From: an uncultured Spirochaetota bacterium
Lineage (GTDB): Bacteria; Spirochaetota; Brevinematia; Brevinematales; JAOACQ01
Direction of reading: 5' to 3'
NCBI GenBank assembly: GCA_963835575.1
Contig: CAWIGG010000002.1
Coordinates: forward strand, 1,344,001-1,408,000
DNA: 64,000 nt
The notes under the pieces were generated by a model. That model did no database searches and had not been told where the DNA came from. It saw nothing but the letters and a program-made list of their open reading frames with translations. Below are positions 38,839-48,488 of the stretch, in pieces (the first letter of the stretch is position 1; each line of letters opens with the position of its first letter). The position numbers and the translations under genes were made by a program.

Positions 38839-41800
38839 ATGGAGAAAGTATTAAATTATACTCTTATCAAACAAATCGGCGAAACCAGTAAATCAACAAT
38901 TTATAAAGCAAAAAAAGATAGTGAAGACAAAACCGTTATCATCAAATCCTTGAATATCAGTTATCCTTCAGCTTCTGAAATAGCCCGGTTCAAGCAGGAA
39001 TTCGAACTGGTCAGGAAACTGGATATTGACGGAATAATTAAAGTCATTGATATACTGGAGTTAAATGATAAATACTACATCATACAGGAAGATACAAACT
39101 ACACTACTTTGAAAGCACTCATTAAAAATAATAAACTCGGCATACGGCAATTCCTTGAAATAGCCGTTCCACTTTCCGATATTCTGGGCAGCATTCATAA
39201 AAACAACATTATTCACAGGAATATAAAACCGCAAAATATCCTGATTGATGAAAAGAAAAAAAAAGTAAAGATAACAAACTTTAATATTGGAAATTTGCTG
39301 ACCCATGAAAACGAGGAGATATATAATCCCTTTGTCATTGAAGAAACGCTGCCTTATATTTCTCCGGAGCAGACCGGCAGAATGAACCGGACTGTTGATT
39401 ACAGAACGGATCTCTATTCTCTCGGCGTTACTTTTTATGAAATGTTGACCGGCAAAACTCCTTTTAAATCATCTGATCCTATGGAGATCATTCATTCGCA
39501 TATCGCGAAAGCTCCTCCAAACCCGGCAAACATCGATCCTGCCATACCTGGGGTTATTTCGGAAATGGTCATTAAATTATTATCAAAGGGCGCGGAAGAA
39601 AGATATCAGAACAGCTTCGGCCTCCATGCGGATTTGCAGGATTGTTTGCATCAGCTTGATAATAAGGGTCAAATCGAGACATTTGAACTGGCAAAAAAGG
39701 ATGTTTCCATAAAATTTAATATACCTCAGGGAATATTCGGAAGAGAGAAAGAGCTTTCAATTCTTATGGACGCATTTAAACGCATCAGCTCCGGAAAAAG
39801 CGAAATCATGCTGGTTTACGGCCAGCCGGGCATTGGGAAATCCCTCCTTATTAACGAAATTCACAAACCCATTGTGGAAAAAAGAGGCTACTTTATTTCG
39901 GGAAAATACGATCAATTCCGGAGGGATGTGCCCTACAGCACTCTTATCCAGGCATTTCAAAGCCTTGTCAGGCAAATAATCTCGGAATCCAGAGAAAAAA
40001 TCAATATATGGAAAGAAATGTTATTAAAAGAACTGGGAAATAACGGCAGGATCATAACAGATGTGATACCGGAGGTCCAGCTTATCATCGGAGAGCAGAA
40101 GGAAATCCCGGTCCTGACGCCGGAGCAATCACAGAAACGGTTTAATATCGTATTCAAAAATTTTATCCGTGTTTTCGCAACAAAAGAACATCCCCTTGTC
40201 CTGTTTTTTGACGACATTCAGTGGGCGGATTACGCGAGTTTATTGTTTATTAAATCGATTATAACAGATCCGGATATTAATTATCTATTATTGATCGGAT
40301 CATACCGGGATACTGATGTCAGTTCTTCCCACCCGTTGATGCTGATCATTGATCAAATTAAAAAGGAAGGTGCAGTTGTTAATAGTTTATCGGTTCCGCC
40401 GTTGGATATTCAATATGTGACTCAATTGATCATGAATTTTATGCGGATCAATGAGAATTTAACCCGCAAACTTTCCGAGCTCATTTATAAAAAAACAAAC
40501 GGCAATCCTTTCTTTGTCAATCAGTTTTTAAAAACCCTTTATGATGAAAATTTAATTGAACTGGATTCTCTTAAAGGGTGGATATGGGACTTGGAAAAAA
40601 TCAACAGGCTGCAGGTAACGGATAATGTTGTGGAGATGATGGCCGGAAAAATTAATAAACTTCCAAAACCAACTCAGGAGATAATAAAAATATGCTCCTG
40701 CATCGGCAACCGCTTCGAACTGGAAACCCTGTCTTCAATATTTGGGAAATCAATAGAAGAAACGCTTCATGACCTTTCTATAGCTATTGAAGAAGGTCTG
40801 GTCTATCTTTACGGCAATTTGTACCGTTTTTATCATGACAGGATTCAGGAAGGCGCTTATTCATTAATTTCTGAAAAGGAAAAAGCGGAACTGCATTACA
40901 GAATAGGAAAATTAACGCTGAAACATACTAAAAAGGAGGACCTCAAGGATAAAATCCTTTACATAGTCGATCAGCTCAACGCGGGGATTAGCTTAATCGC
41001 CTCGGAAGAAGGAAAGTTTGAGACGGCCCAATTGAATTTACAGGCCGGCGTTAAGGCCAAATCAGCGGCGGCTTATGAATCCGCACTCAATTACCTGAGA
41101 ACCGGCATTAAACTGATGGGAGAAGACGGTTGGAAAAAACAATATGATCTGATCCTATCGCTTTATCTTGAAGCAGTGGAATCAGCCTATCTGAGTACTT
41201 ACTATGAGGAAATGGAACGCCTGTCTGAAAAAGCCCTGAAGCATACCCGTTCGCGGCTGGATGAGATCAGAATTTATACAACTCAGATCAATACTCTATT
41301 AGCACAGAACAGATTGGTCGATGCCATTATGACAGGCCTGAAAGTATTGCGGCTGTTAGGCGTCAGATTTCCAATAAAGCCGAATATATTGAATATTTTA
41401 TCCGGTTTTATCAGGACAAAAATCCTTTTAGCCGGTAAAAAGATAGAAAGTTTACAGGATCTTCCTATGATGATGGATAATAATATTTTATCTATCATGC
41501 GGATTTTGTCCTCGGTATCCTCAGCCGCTTATTTTTCCTTACCGAATTTTCTTTCCTTAATTATTTTTAAATCGATCTTTTTCTCAATTAAATATGGAAA
41601 TTCTTTTATATCTCCGTTCGTTTACGCTGGTTATGGTCTGGCACTCTGCAGTCTGGGTGATATTGATCATGGTTATCAATTTGGAAAATTGGCGTTAAAC
41701 CTGACGGAAAAGATACAACAAAAGGAATATAAATCGAAAACCATCTTCACTGTCAATACTTTTATTAATCACTGGAAAGAACATATCCGGAAAACCATGG

Positions 41801-43995
41801 AACCGTTATTATCAGCCTACCAAATCGGCCTTGAAACAGGGGATGTTGAGTTCGCGGCGCATTCAATAGGAAATTATTGTTCACATGCTTTTTTTATTGG
41901 ACAAAATCTGGAATTGTTTTATCAGCAATCGATTAAGTATGGTAATATTGTGGAAAAGTTAAAACAGGAGGTTCTGCTGATATGGATGAAAATGCTTCAG
42001 CAGACTTTATTGAACTTAATGGTACATTCTCAGGACCCATGTCAATTAAAGGGCGAATGTTTTGATGAGGACAAAGTTTTACCAGTCCTCTTGAAAGCAG
42101 AAGATAGAAACATTATTTTTTCTTTATATCAAAATAAAATGATTTTGTGCTATTTTTTTCAAAATGATCAGGAGGCATTAAAATACGCCGTCGAAGCTCA
42201 AAAATATATCGATGCGATGGCAGGGCAGGTAAATCCTTTTTATTTCTATGATTCTTTAATAAGAATTAGTAATCTTGAAAAAGTTAAAAGAAATAAGCGG
42301 AAGCAGTTTTTAAAGAAAATTAAAAAGAATCAAAAAATTTTAAAAAAATGGTCTGATCATGCCCCAATGAATTTCCTGCACAAATATTACCTGGTGGAAG
42401 CGGAATTAGCGGGTTTGAAAGGGAATGACCTGAAGGCTATGGATTATTACGACAGGGCGGTCCAGGGGGCCAAACAAAATGAGTATATTAATGATGAAGC
42501 CGTCGCCAATGAACTGGCGGCCCGGTTCTATTTGAAAATAAAGAAAGAGAATATCGCCAGGCTCTATATGACAGAAGCTTACAATAACTATTACCGGTGG
42601 GGAGCTTATGCTAAATCCAAGGAACTGGAAAACAAATATCCCAATCTGATTGCCTCATTCCGGAGAGGAAAAAGAACCAGAAAAACCGATCTGGATTTAA
42701 GCATCAATGAAGCTGTACTGGAAACCCTCGACTTATCAACCATTATTAAAGCCTCAAAGGCTCTATCCAGTGAAATTGAACTGGGGCCTCTGCTCGAAAA
42801 AATCATGATGATATCCATCGAAAACGCCGGCGCTCAAAAAGGCGTCCTTATTCTCTGTAATGAAAATGATAATAAGTTTTATATCGAGGCGGAAGGTGAA
42901 ATTGATAAAAAAATTGAACCTTTTAAATCTCTCCCGGTGGAAGAAAGTAATCATTTACCTGTCTCAGTTATCAATTTTGTCGCTAAAACAATTGAAAATG
43001 TCGTTCTTGAAGATGCCTGCCGGAAAGGCCCGTTTCTGCAGGACCCTTATATTTCAAATAACCAGATTAAATCCATTCTCTGCGCGCCAATCATTGATAA
43101 AGGCAGCATAATCGGCATCATTTATCTTGAAAATAATCTGCTGAATAATGCCTTCACGCCGGAAAGGCTCGAACTCCTCCGCATTCTCTCATCTCAGGCG
43201 GCCATTTCCATTAATAATACGAGGCTGGTGGAAAGGGAAAGACAAAACGCCGCTCTGCAGAAAGAGATAGAAATGGCGCAGAAAATACAGAATTCTCTTT
43301 TACCGGCCAATATTCCGGATATAAAAAATGTTGAAATCGCTTTTAAATATGTTCCCATGACGGGTATCGGAGGCGATTTTATCAGCGTTTTCTATGATGA
43401 AAAAGGCCAGAAACTCGGGCTTTTTATCTGCGACGTTTCCGGTCATGGGGTTCCCGCCGCCCTCACGGCTTCCATGATCAGCATGGCGCTTGATTTTTTC
43501 TGGAAAAAGCAAATCGACCATCCTTCTAAAGTTTTAATGGAAATGAAAAATAACCTCAAGGAAAAAATGGGAGGTAATTTTTTTACCGCCAGCATCTGCG
43601 TTTTAAATCTGGCTGACGGAGAGCTGATCAACGCTTCCGCGGGGCATCCTCCTGTTTTTATTATCAGGAACAATAAAAATATAGAATCGGTCCAATCAAA
43701 AGGCGGCCTCATCAGCGATTTCATAGATTTAAATGTCCAGGAAACAAAAGTTAAATTGAAAAAGGGCGATATGATAATCCTTTATACCGACGGCATTACC
43801 GAAGCGGAAAATCCCGATAAAGTTCAGCTGGGAACCGATGATGAGAAATTCAAAGACTGGGTGAAAAATATCGCTGTAAAATCTTCTTCCATCTCCCAGT
43901 TCTGTCAGGACATCTTTGATAATGTTATCACATTTACGCAAAAAGAAACACTGCATGATGATTTCACCCTGCTTGCCGTAAAATATAACCGGTAA
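38839..43995 (+). CDS. Multidomain sensor: Ser/Thr kinase-like / AAA ATPase / TPR-like / GAF / PP2C (SpoIIE) phosphatase
   Basis: YISPEQTGRMNR, GQPGIGKS, FFDDIQWAD, GNPFF, GAF KSILCAPI..YLENN, GGDF, CDVSGHG, YTDGITEA, HDDFT. Confidence 0.92.
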   Translation: MEKVLNYTLIKQIGETSKSTIYKAKKDSEDKTVIIKSLNISYPSASEIARFKQEFELVRKLDIDGIIKVIDILELNDKYYIIQEDTNYTTLKALIKNNKLGIRQFLEIAVPLSDILGSIHKNNIIHRNIKPQNILIDEKKKKVKITNFNIGNLLTHENEEIYNPFVIEETLPYISPEQTGRMNRTVDYRTDLYSLGVTFYEMLTGKTPFKSSDPMEIIHSHIAKAPPNPANIDPAIPGVISEMVIKLLSKGAEERYQNSFGLHADLQDCLHQLDNKGQIETFELAKKDVSIKFNIPQGIFGREKELSILMDAFKRISSGKSEIMLVYGQPGIGKSLLINEIHKPIVEKRGYFISGKYDQFRRDVPYSTLIQAFQSLVRQIISESREKINIWKEMLLKELGNNGRIITDVIPEVQLIIGEQKEIPVLTPEQSQKRFNIVFKNFIRVFATKEHPLVLFFDDIQWADYASLLFIKSIITDPDINYLLLIGSYRDTDVSSSHPLMLIIDQIKKEGAVVNSLSVPPLDIQYVTQLIMNFMRINENLTRKLSELIYKKTNGNPFFVNQFLKTLYDENLIELDSLKGWIWDLEKINRLQVTDNVVEMMAGKINKLPKPTQEIIKICSCIGNRFELETLSSIFGKSIEETLHDLSIAIEEGLVYLYGNLYRFYHDRIQEGAYSLISEKEKAELHYRIGKLTLKHTKKEDLKDKILYIVDQLNAGISLIASEEGKFETAQLNLQAGVKAKSAAAYESALNYLRTGIKLMGEDGWKKQYDLILSLYLEAVESAYLSTYYEEMERLSEKALKHTRSRLDEIRIYTTQINTLLAQNRLVDAIMTGLKVLRLLGVRFPIKPNILNILSGFIRTKILLAGKKIESLQDLPMMMDNNILSIMRILSSVSSAAYFSLPNFLSLIIFKSIFFSIKYGNSFISPFVYAGYGLALCSLGDIDHGYQFGKLALNLTEKIQQKEYKSKTIFTVNTFINHWKEHIRKTMEPLLSAYQIGLETGDVEFAAHSIGNYCSHAFFIGQNLELFYQQSIKYGNIVEKLKQEVLLIWMKMLQQTLLNLMVHSQDPCQLKGECFDEDKVLPVLLKAEDRNIIFSLYQNKMILCYFFQNDQEALKYAVEAQKYIDAMAGQVNPFYFYDSLIRISNLEKVKRNKRKQFLKKIKKNQKILKKWSDHAPMNFLHKYYLVEAELAGLKGNDLKAMDYYDRAVQGAKQNEYINDEAVANELAARFYLKIKKENIARLYMTEAYNNYYRWGAYAKSKELENKYPNLIASFRRGKRTRKTDLDLSINEAVLETLDLSTIIKASKALSSEIELGPLLEKIMMISIENAGAQKGVLILCNENDNKFYIEAEGEIDKKIEPFKSLPVEESNHLPVSVINFVAKTIENVVLEDACRKGPFLQDPYISNNQIKSILCAPIIDKGSIIGIIYLENNLLNNAFTPERLELLRILSSQAAISINNTRLVERERQNAALQKEIEMAQKIQNSLLPANIPDIKNVEIAFKYVPMTGIGGDFISVFYDEKGQKLGLFICDVSGHGVPAALTASMISMALDFFWKKQIDHPSKVLMEMKNNLKEKMGGNFFTASICVLNLADGELINASAGHPPVFIIRNNKNIESVQSKGGLISDFIDLNVQETKVKLKKGDMIILYTDGITEAENPDKVQLGTDDEKFKDWVKNIAVKSSSISQFCQDIFDNVITFTQKETLHDDFTLLAVKYNR

Positions 43996-44037
43996 TTATT
44001 TAATTGAGTAGGAGGCGGGTTTACACCCGCCGACCTC

Positions 44038-44436
44038 TCACACCACCGTACGTACGGTTCCGTATACGGCGGTTCCAAAATATAATTTCTGATAAATACA
44101 AATCTTGTTCAGCATCGATACGAGTCCCATACTGTCGAATAATTTCTTAGGAAAGGCGATGTTCATATGTTTGTTGATGAAGCCTTTTAGCTGTTTTACA
44201 GTGACTCCGTCAACTCCCGCCGCCCCCTTATTGCTTACCACCCTGTGATAAGCTTCCAGCATGTTCTCGCGTTTGACCAGACGCTCTATTAAATTTGTTT
44301 CATCCGGTGTACTCCTTCTTTGACTCTCTGCACGGATACACGCGCTTTGGCTATTCTTCGGAATTCCGTCCCTATCCTTTGTCAAAGCCGGAAAGTTTCC
44401 TTCCGCTTCTGCGTAAGTTACCGTGTCAGGATTCAT
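44038..44436 (-). pseudogene. Remnant of a group II intron RT/maturase
   Basis: RT0-like RENMLEAYHRVVSNKGAAGVDG is fused directly to the C-terminal-like NIAFPKKLFDSMGLVSML; no YADD motif. Confidence 0.85.
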
Positions 44437-44765
44437 AGCGGTACTCCTATAGTTTGGTTCTGCCCTTCGCCTCCGGTCAAGAGGTTACTATGGCTTCTGC
44501 TGACTTCTGAAAACCCCTCTTATCACCTTTCGATGACAATAGCCAATATGTGGCAGGCTGTCAGACCTCCCCGGTAATGCGCTCGTTCCTTCACACTTAT
44601 GTCTGCCGCATCTACGTCATTGCTTTCTGTGTAAGTATCGGGCTTTAACGATAATTGCCGTCTCACCCAGCAGTGCCGCCTCTATGCGGTTTCTGTTCGT
44701 CAGACCAGTGCTTTGCCTGCAGCTTCCTTCAGATTCCGCCTCACGGCGGACACCCTTGCCGTCTG

Positions 44766-44817
44766 TCCCTCACCAGTTTGTCCGGCTGCCCGGAGAAGTT
44801 CACAAACTGGTGAGGGA
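44766..44817. repeat. 16-bp-arm palindromic element inside intron domain I
   Basis: tccctcaccagtttgt-20nt-acaaactggtgaggga; arms identical to 2562-2614. Confidence 0.85.
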
Positions 44818-44879
44818 TTCCCCTTACCGGGTGCATACGGGACTTTCACCCGCAAGAACGTGCGCCCTGCCGGGCGCAC

Positions 44880-44929
44880 AATAAGGACCGGGTTGTCAGA
44901 AATGACAGCCCGGTCCTTATTGTTTTTTT
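44880..44929. terminator. Rho-independent terminator between convergent genes; intron target site
   Basis: aataaggaccgggttgtca-gaaa-tgacagcccggtccttatt followed by gttttttt. Confidence 0.85.
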
Positions 44930-44935
44930 ATTGTG

Positions 44936-47149
44936 TTACTGGCTTAACCATCCAAAATAATATTTGTTTTCATACCCCAGAGTTTTAAACATTCCGCCAA
45001 TGACAACAGAACTGCCGTTGACTGCCACTGCATAAACCGAACTGCCCGCATTCGGGTCCCAGCTCGTGGCCGCCGCTGATGAAATATCTATGGCGGCTAT
45101 GCAGTTCCTTAACTGCGGAGTCCCGCTGCCGATATTGGTGAAATCCCCGCACACATAAAGTGTGCTTCCGCTGAGAGCCATGGACCTCACAGTGCTGCCT
45201 GCGTTGGGATTCCAAGTGGCCGGGACCGTTGATGTTGTGTACAGCGCGGCAAGCCTGTTTCTGGTTGAACCGCCGATCGTTGTAAATTGGCCGCCGATAT
45301 AGAGTATATCACCGCTTATAACGATAGAATAAACAATATCACTTGCTCCCGGGTTCCATGGCAAAATGGCCCCGGTGCTTCTGCTCAACACAGCGATTCT
45401 ATTCCTGGAAGTGCTGTTTATATATGTAAAATCGCCGCCGATGTAAACATTCGTTCCATTATACAGCGCTATTGCCCTGACAGTATTACTGACTGCCGGC
45501 GCCCATGCCGTCGGCACACCGCTGTTCAAATCGATCTGAGCAATACGGCATTTTTGAAAACCTCCCAGGCTGGTAAAAGAACCGCCCGCATAAACAAGAT
45601 TATTTGCTTCATCCACAGTTATAGTATTAACTGTATTATTCGCATTCGTCGCCCAGCCTGTATCGGGACTTCCAGTGGAAGCGTCCAGTTTTGCGATCCT
45701 GCTGATAGAAACGCCGCCTATTGTTATAAAATCACCTCCTACATAAACAGATGTTCCGCAGGAATAAATAGCATAAACATTACTATTGGCGCTGGCATTG
45801 GGATTCCAGGACAGTAAATTTCCGGAAGAATCAAAAGCGGCTAAACTATTTCTTTGATCAAAGCTTACGCTGTAAAATGTACCGCCCGCATACACCTTAC
45901 TTCCATTAAGAGCAAGGGCATAGACTGTGGAAATGGCGCTCGGATCCCAGGTATTCAAACTTCCCGTTGATGCGTCCACAGAGGCGATATAATCCCTTTC
46001 ATTTCCCCCGACGGCTGTAAAATTCCCTCCGATATACGCAGTGCCGCCGTTAATAAGTATACTTCTTATGAGGCCGTTAGCAGCCGGGTCCCATGCTGTC
46101 AACAATCCCGTTGTTGAGTCAAAAGCGGCCCCGTAACCCCTGGCCTGGTTGCTTACAGTAGTAAATGCGCCGCCTAAATAAACAATATTCCCGCTGACCG
46201 CTATGCTGCAAACATTAGAGTTGGCATTGAGTTTCCATGCGTTGAGAGTCCCGTCGGTATCAAAAGCCGCAAAATTAGTTCTCGCTATGCCGCCTATTGT
46301 ATTAAAAGTTCCTCCTACATATATTGCGCTCCCGCTGACAGCAATAGAATAAACAGAACCGCCGGCATTTGTATTCCAGGTTGTGACAAAGCTATCATTA
46401 GTATCAATCTCAGCTATATAATTCCTCGTCTGCCCGCCAACTGTTGTAAAAGTGCCGCCGGCGTAAATCGTGCTTCCGTTCAATGCGAGCGTATTCACGA
46501 TATTATTAGCATTTGGATCCCATGCTTTTACGCTGCCGGAAGCCGAATCCAGTGCGGCAAGCCTGTTTCTGGTTGTGCCGTTGATATTGGTAAAGCTTCC
46601 GCCTGCATACAGCGTATTCCCGCTCAGAACAAGAGTTTGAACTACTCCCACACCACGTGTATTCGCTATAAAAGCTGAATCAACATGTCCTGAGGAAAGG
46701 ATGTGCGCCATATTGGTCAGAAAATAATCGCTGGAGCCGTCTTTGATATAAGTAAAGTTTCCTCCAATAAACCATCCGCCGGCGCCGTCTGAAATAACAG
46801 CGCAATTTGTACCGTTCACTTTAAGATAAACAATAGTCGGCAAACCGGAAGTTGCGTCAATTTCTGAAAAGCTTCCGGTATAAGGCCCGACGCGGGTAAA
46901 AGCGCCGCCGATATACGTGTTGCCGTTTGCGGCGGTCGTTACAGCATATATATTGCTATTTGCCACATATTCCGCTCCTGAAAGTGATGAGACTATGCTG
47001 GATACACTTGAACTCCCGCCGCCGCCTGTGCTGGAAGTCCCCCCGCCGCCGCCGCCGCCCCCGCCCCCGGGCGCAGTAGAACATGAGTAAATTATGGAAA
47101 TGACCGCTATCATTCCCGCAAGCAATACTGAATTACAGATCCTATTCAT
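44936..47149 (-). CDS. Surface lipoprotein with a Gly/Ser linker and about 12 beta-propeller-like repeats
   Basis: RBS ggagga; signal ...SIIYSC; poly-Gly; repeated W(N/D)PNAN..V.....G..VY.GG.FT.IGG..RN..AA.D. Confidence 0.85.
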   Translation of the reverse strand: MNRICNSVLLAGMIAVISIIYSCSTAPGGGGGGGGGGTSSTGGGGSSSVSSIVSSLSGAEYVANSNIYAVTTAANGNTYIGGAFTRVGPYTGSFSEIDATSGLPTIVYLKVNGTNCAVISDGAGGWFIGGNFTYIKDGSSDYFLTNMAHILSSGHVDSAFIANTRGVGVVQTLVLSGNTLYAGGSFTNINGTTRNRLAALDSASGSVKAWDPNANNIVNTLALNGSTIYAGGTFTTVGGQTRNYIAEIDTNDSFVTTWNTNAGGSVYSIAVSGSAIYVGGTFNTIGGIARTNFAAFDTDGTLNAWKLNANSNVCSIAVSGNIVYLGGAFTTVSNQARGYGAAFDSTTGLLTAWDPAANGLIRSILINGGTAYIGGNFTAVGGNERDYIASVDASTGSLNTWDPSAISTVYALALNGSKVYAGGTFYSVSFDQRNSLAAFDSSGNLLSWNPNASANSNVYAIYSCGTSVYVGGDFITIGGVSISRIAKLDASTGSPDTGWATNANNTVNTITVDEANNLVYAGGSFTSLGGFQKCRIAQIDLNSGVPTAWAPAVSNTVRAIALYNGTNVYIGGDFTYINSTSRNRIAVLSRSTGAILPWNPGASDIVYSIVISGDILYIGGQFTTIGGSTRNRLAALYTTSTVPATWNPNAGSTVRSMALSGSTLYVCGDFTNIGSGTPQLRNCIAAIDISSAAATSWDPNAGSSVYAVAVNGSSVVIGGMFKTLGYENKYYFGWLSQ

Positions 47150-47839
47150 ATATCCTCCAAATAAAATTATTTTTGACAAATACACTTTTACATATACTAC
47201 GATTTAGTGGCCTCAATTTTGATAAAATCTTAAAATATTTTTTCTTTTATAATAACAATTGAAACCTGAATTTTATTATAAATTTTATAAAAACTTTGAC
47301 TTAACAGCCTGAACTATTTATAATTAGCTCAATTTAATTTTACAGTTATTATAAATAAACAATGAATTATCTCACTTCTCAATTTTTTTTAATGCATAAA
47401 TTTTTGATTTTCTTTTCTATAAAGATAACCGGGAGGAAATATATGAAGCGGACTCGCAGTCATTGCCGATGCGATTGTTGCCTGCCTGATCGGATTCGGG
47501 ATCATTTCTAAAATTTTGCAGGAAAGCTCGAAACCGAAGGTTATTGTTTACAGCGTCGGAGCGTTAAGTTTAAAAAAAGAAAACTGCTTAATTGCAATTC
47601 TATAATATTAGAATTGAAGTATTTATTCTTTGGCGATAATATTCTTTAAATTACTTCGTCAATATTATTGAAATATAAATACGAATATGACATTATCAGC
47701 TTACCAGGGCAAAGAATACGGCTTAAAAGAGAGGTCAATAATCCAAGCCTGTTTAACAAAGCAAACACAGCGGCTGCAGGATTTTGCACAATGGCAAAAA
47801 TCCTAAAAATAATCATTTATAAAATTTCTGGAGGAACAC

Positions 47840-48241
47840 ATGCCTATTGAGCTTTCGACAATCCGCCTGGATAAATGGCTTAAAATAGCCAGGCTTTATA
47901 AAAAGAGGTCCGACGCGACAGAGGCCGTTGACGGCGGGAGCGTGAAAGTGAACGGCGAAAGGGTAAAGCCGGCAAAGCTGGTCAAAGCAGGCGATGTCCT
48001 GACTGTCAGAGTCGATACAAAATATAGAACTATCACAATAAAAAAGATTACCGATAAACCGATGAAAGCCTCACTGGCAAAAGAGCTTTATGAGGAAGAA
48101 AAGCCGCAGGGAGTCACACCCGAAATGGAGGAGATGATCCGTCTGCTTGAAAAGCAGGAAAGAAAAAACAGAAAAGACCAGAAAGGCAAACCGGATAAAA
48201 AGGACAGAAGGGCACTGAGAAAGTTCAAGTATGGAGAATAG
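47840..48241 (+). CDS. hslR: S4-domain heat shock protein Hsp15
   Basis: IRLDKWLKIARLYKKRS.A..AV.GG.VKVNG..VKPAK; GKPDKKDRR. Confidence 0.88.
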   Translation: MPIELSTIRLDKWLKIARLYKKRSDATEAVDGGSVKVNGERVKPAKLVKAGDVLTVRVDTKYRTITIKKITDKPMKASLAKELYEEEKPQGVTPEMEEMIRLLEKQERKNRKDQKGKPDKKDRRALRKFKYGE

Positions 48242-48245
48242 TAAT

Positions 48246-48422
48246 CCGCTAATTCACGCGAATGAACGCGAATTGTATTTTTTATTTTGCTTAAGTAAGG
48301 CTTTTTTAGAAGACTCGGCAATACAAAAAAATATAAGTTATAGAATTATTTGTAATATATTTGAATTATTAAATAAAGCTAATTAATTAATTTCCTTGGC
48401 GTGTATTCGCGTGGATTCGCGG
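48246..48422. repeat. Long-spaced inverted repeat
   Basis: ccgctaattcacgcgaat / attcgcgtggattcgcgg. Confidence 0.6.
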
Positions 48423-48488
48423 AAGACCTAATTGCTTCTTATCTGTTTCTAATTTGAATAACAGTGACCGGCAATAAAGGATAAAGAA

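Larger units (their letters stand above)
44003..44879 (-). mobile_element. Class C group II intron, 877 nt, with an internally deleted intron-encoded protein
   Basis: 5' GTGCGCCCGGCAGGG at 44879; DV GAACCGCCGTATACGGAACCGTACGTACGGTGGTGTGAGAGG; DVI ending CCTACTCAAT at 44003. It begins directly after a terminator stem. Confidence 0.9.

Noticed and set aside
47431..47570. Small gene after the strong RBS gggagg at ~47431
   Set aside because: The frame is short and no family is recognisable; probably a decayed fragment.
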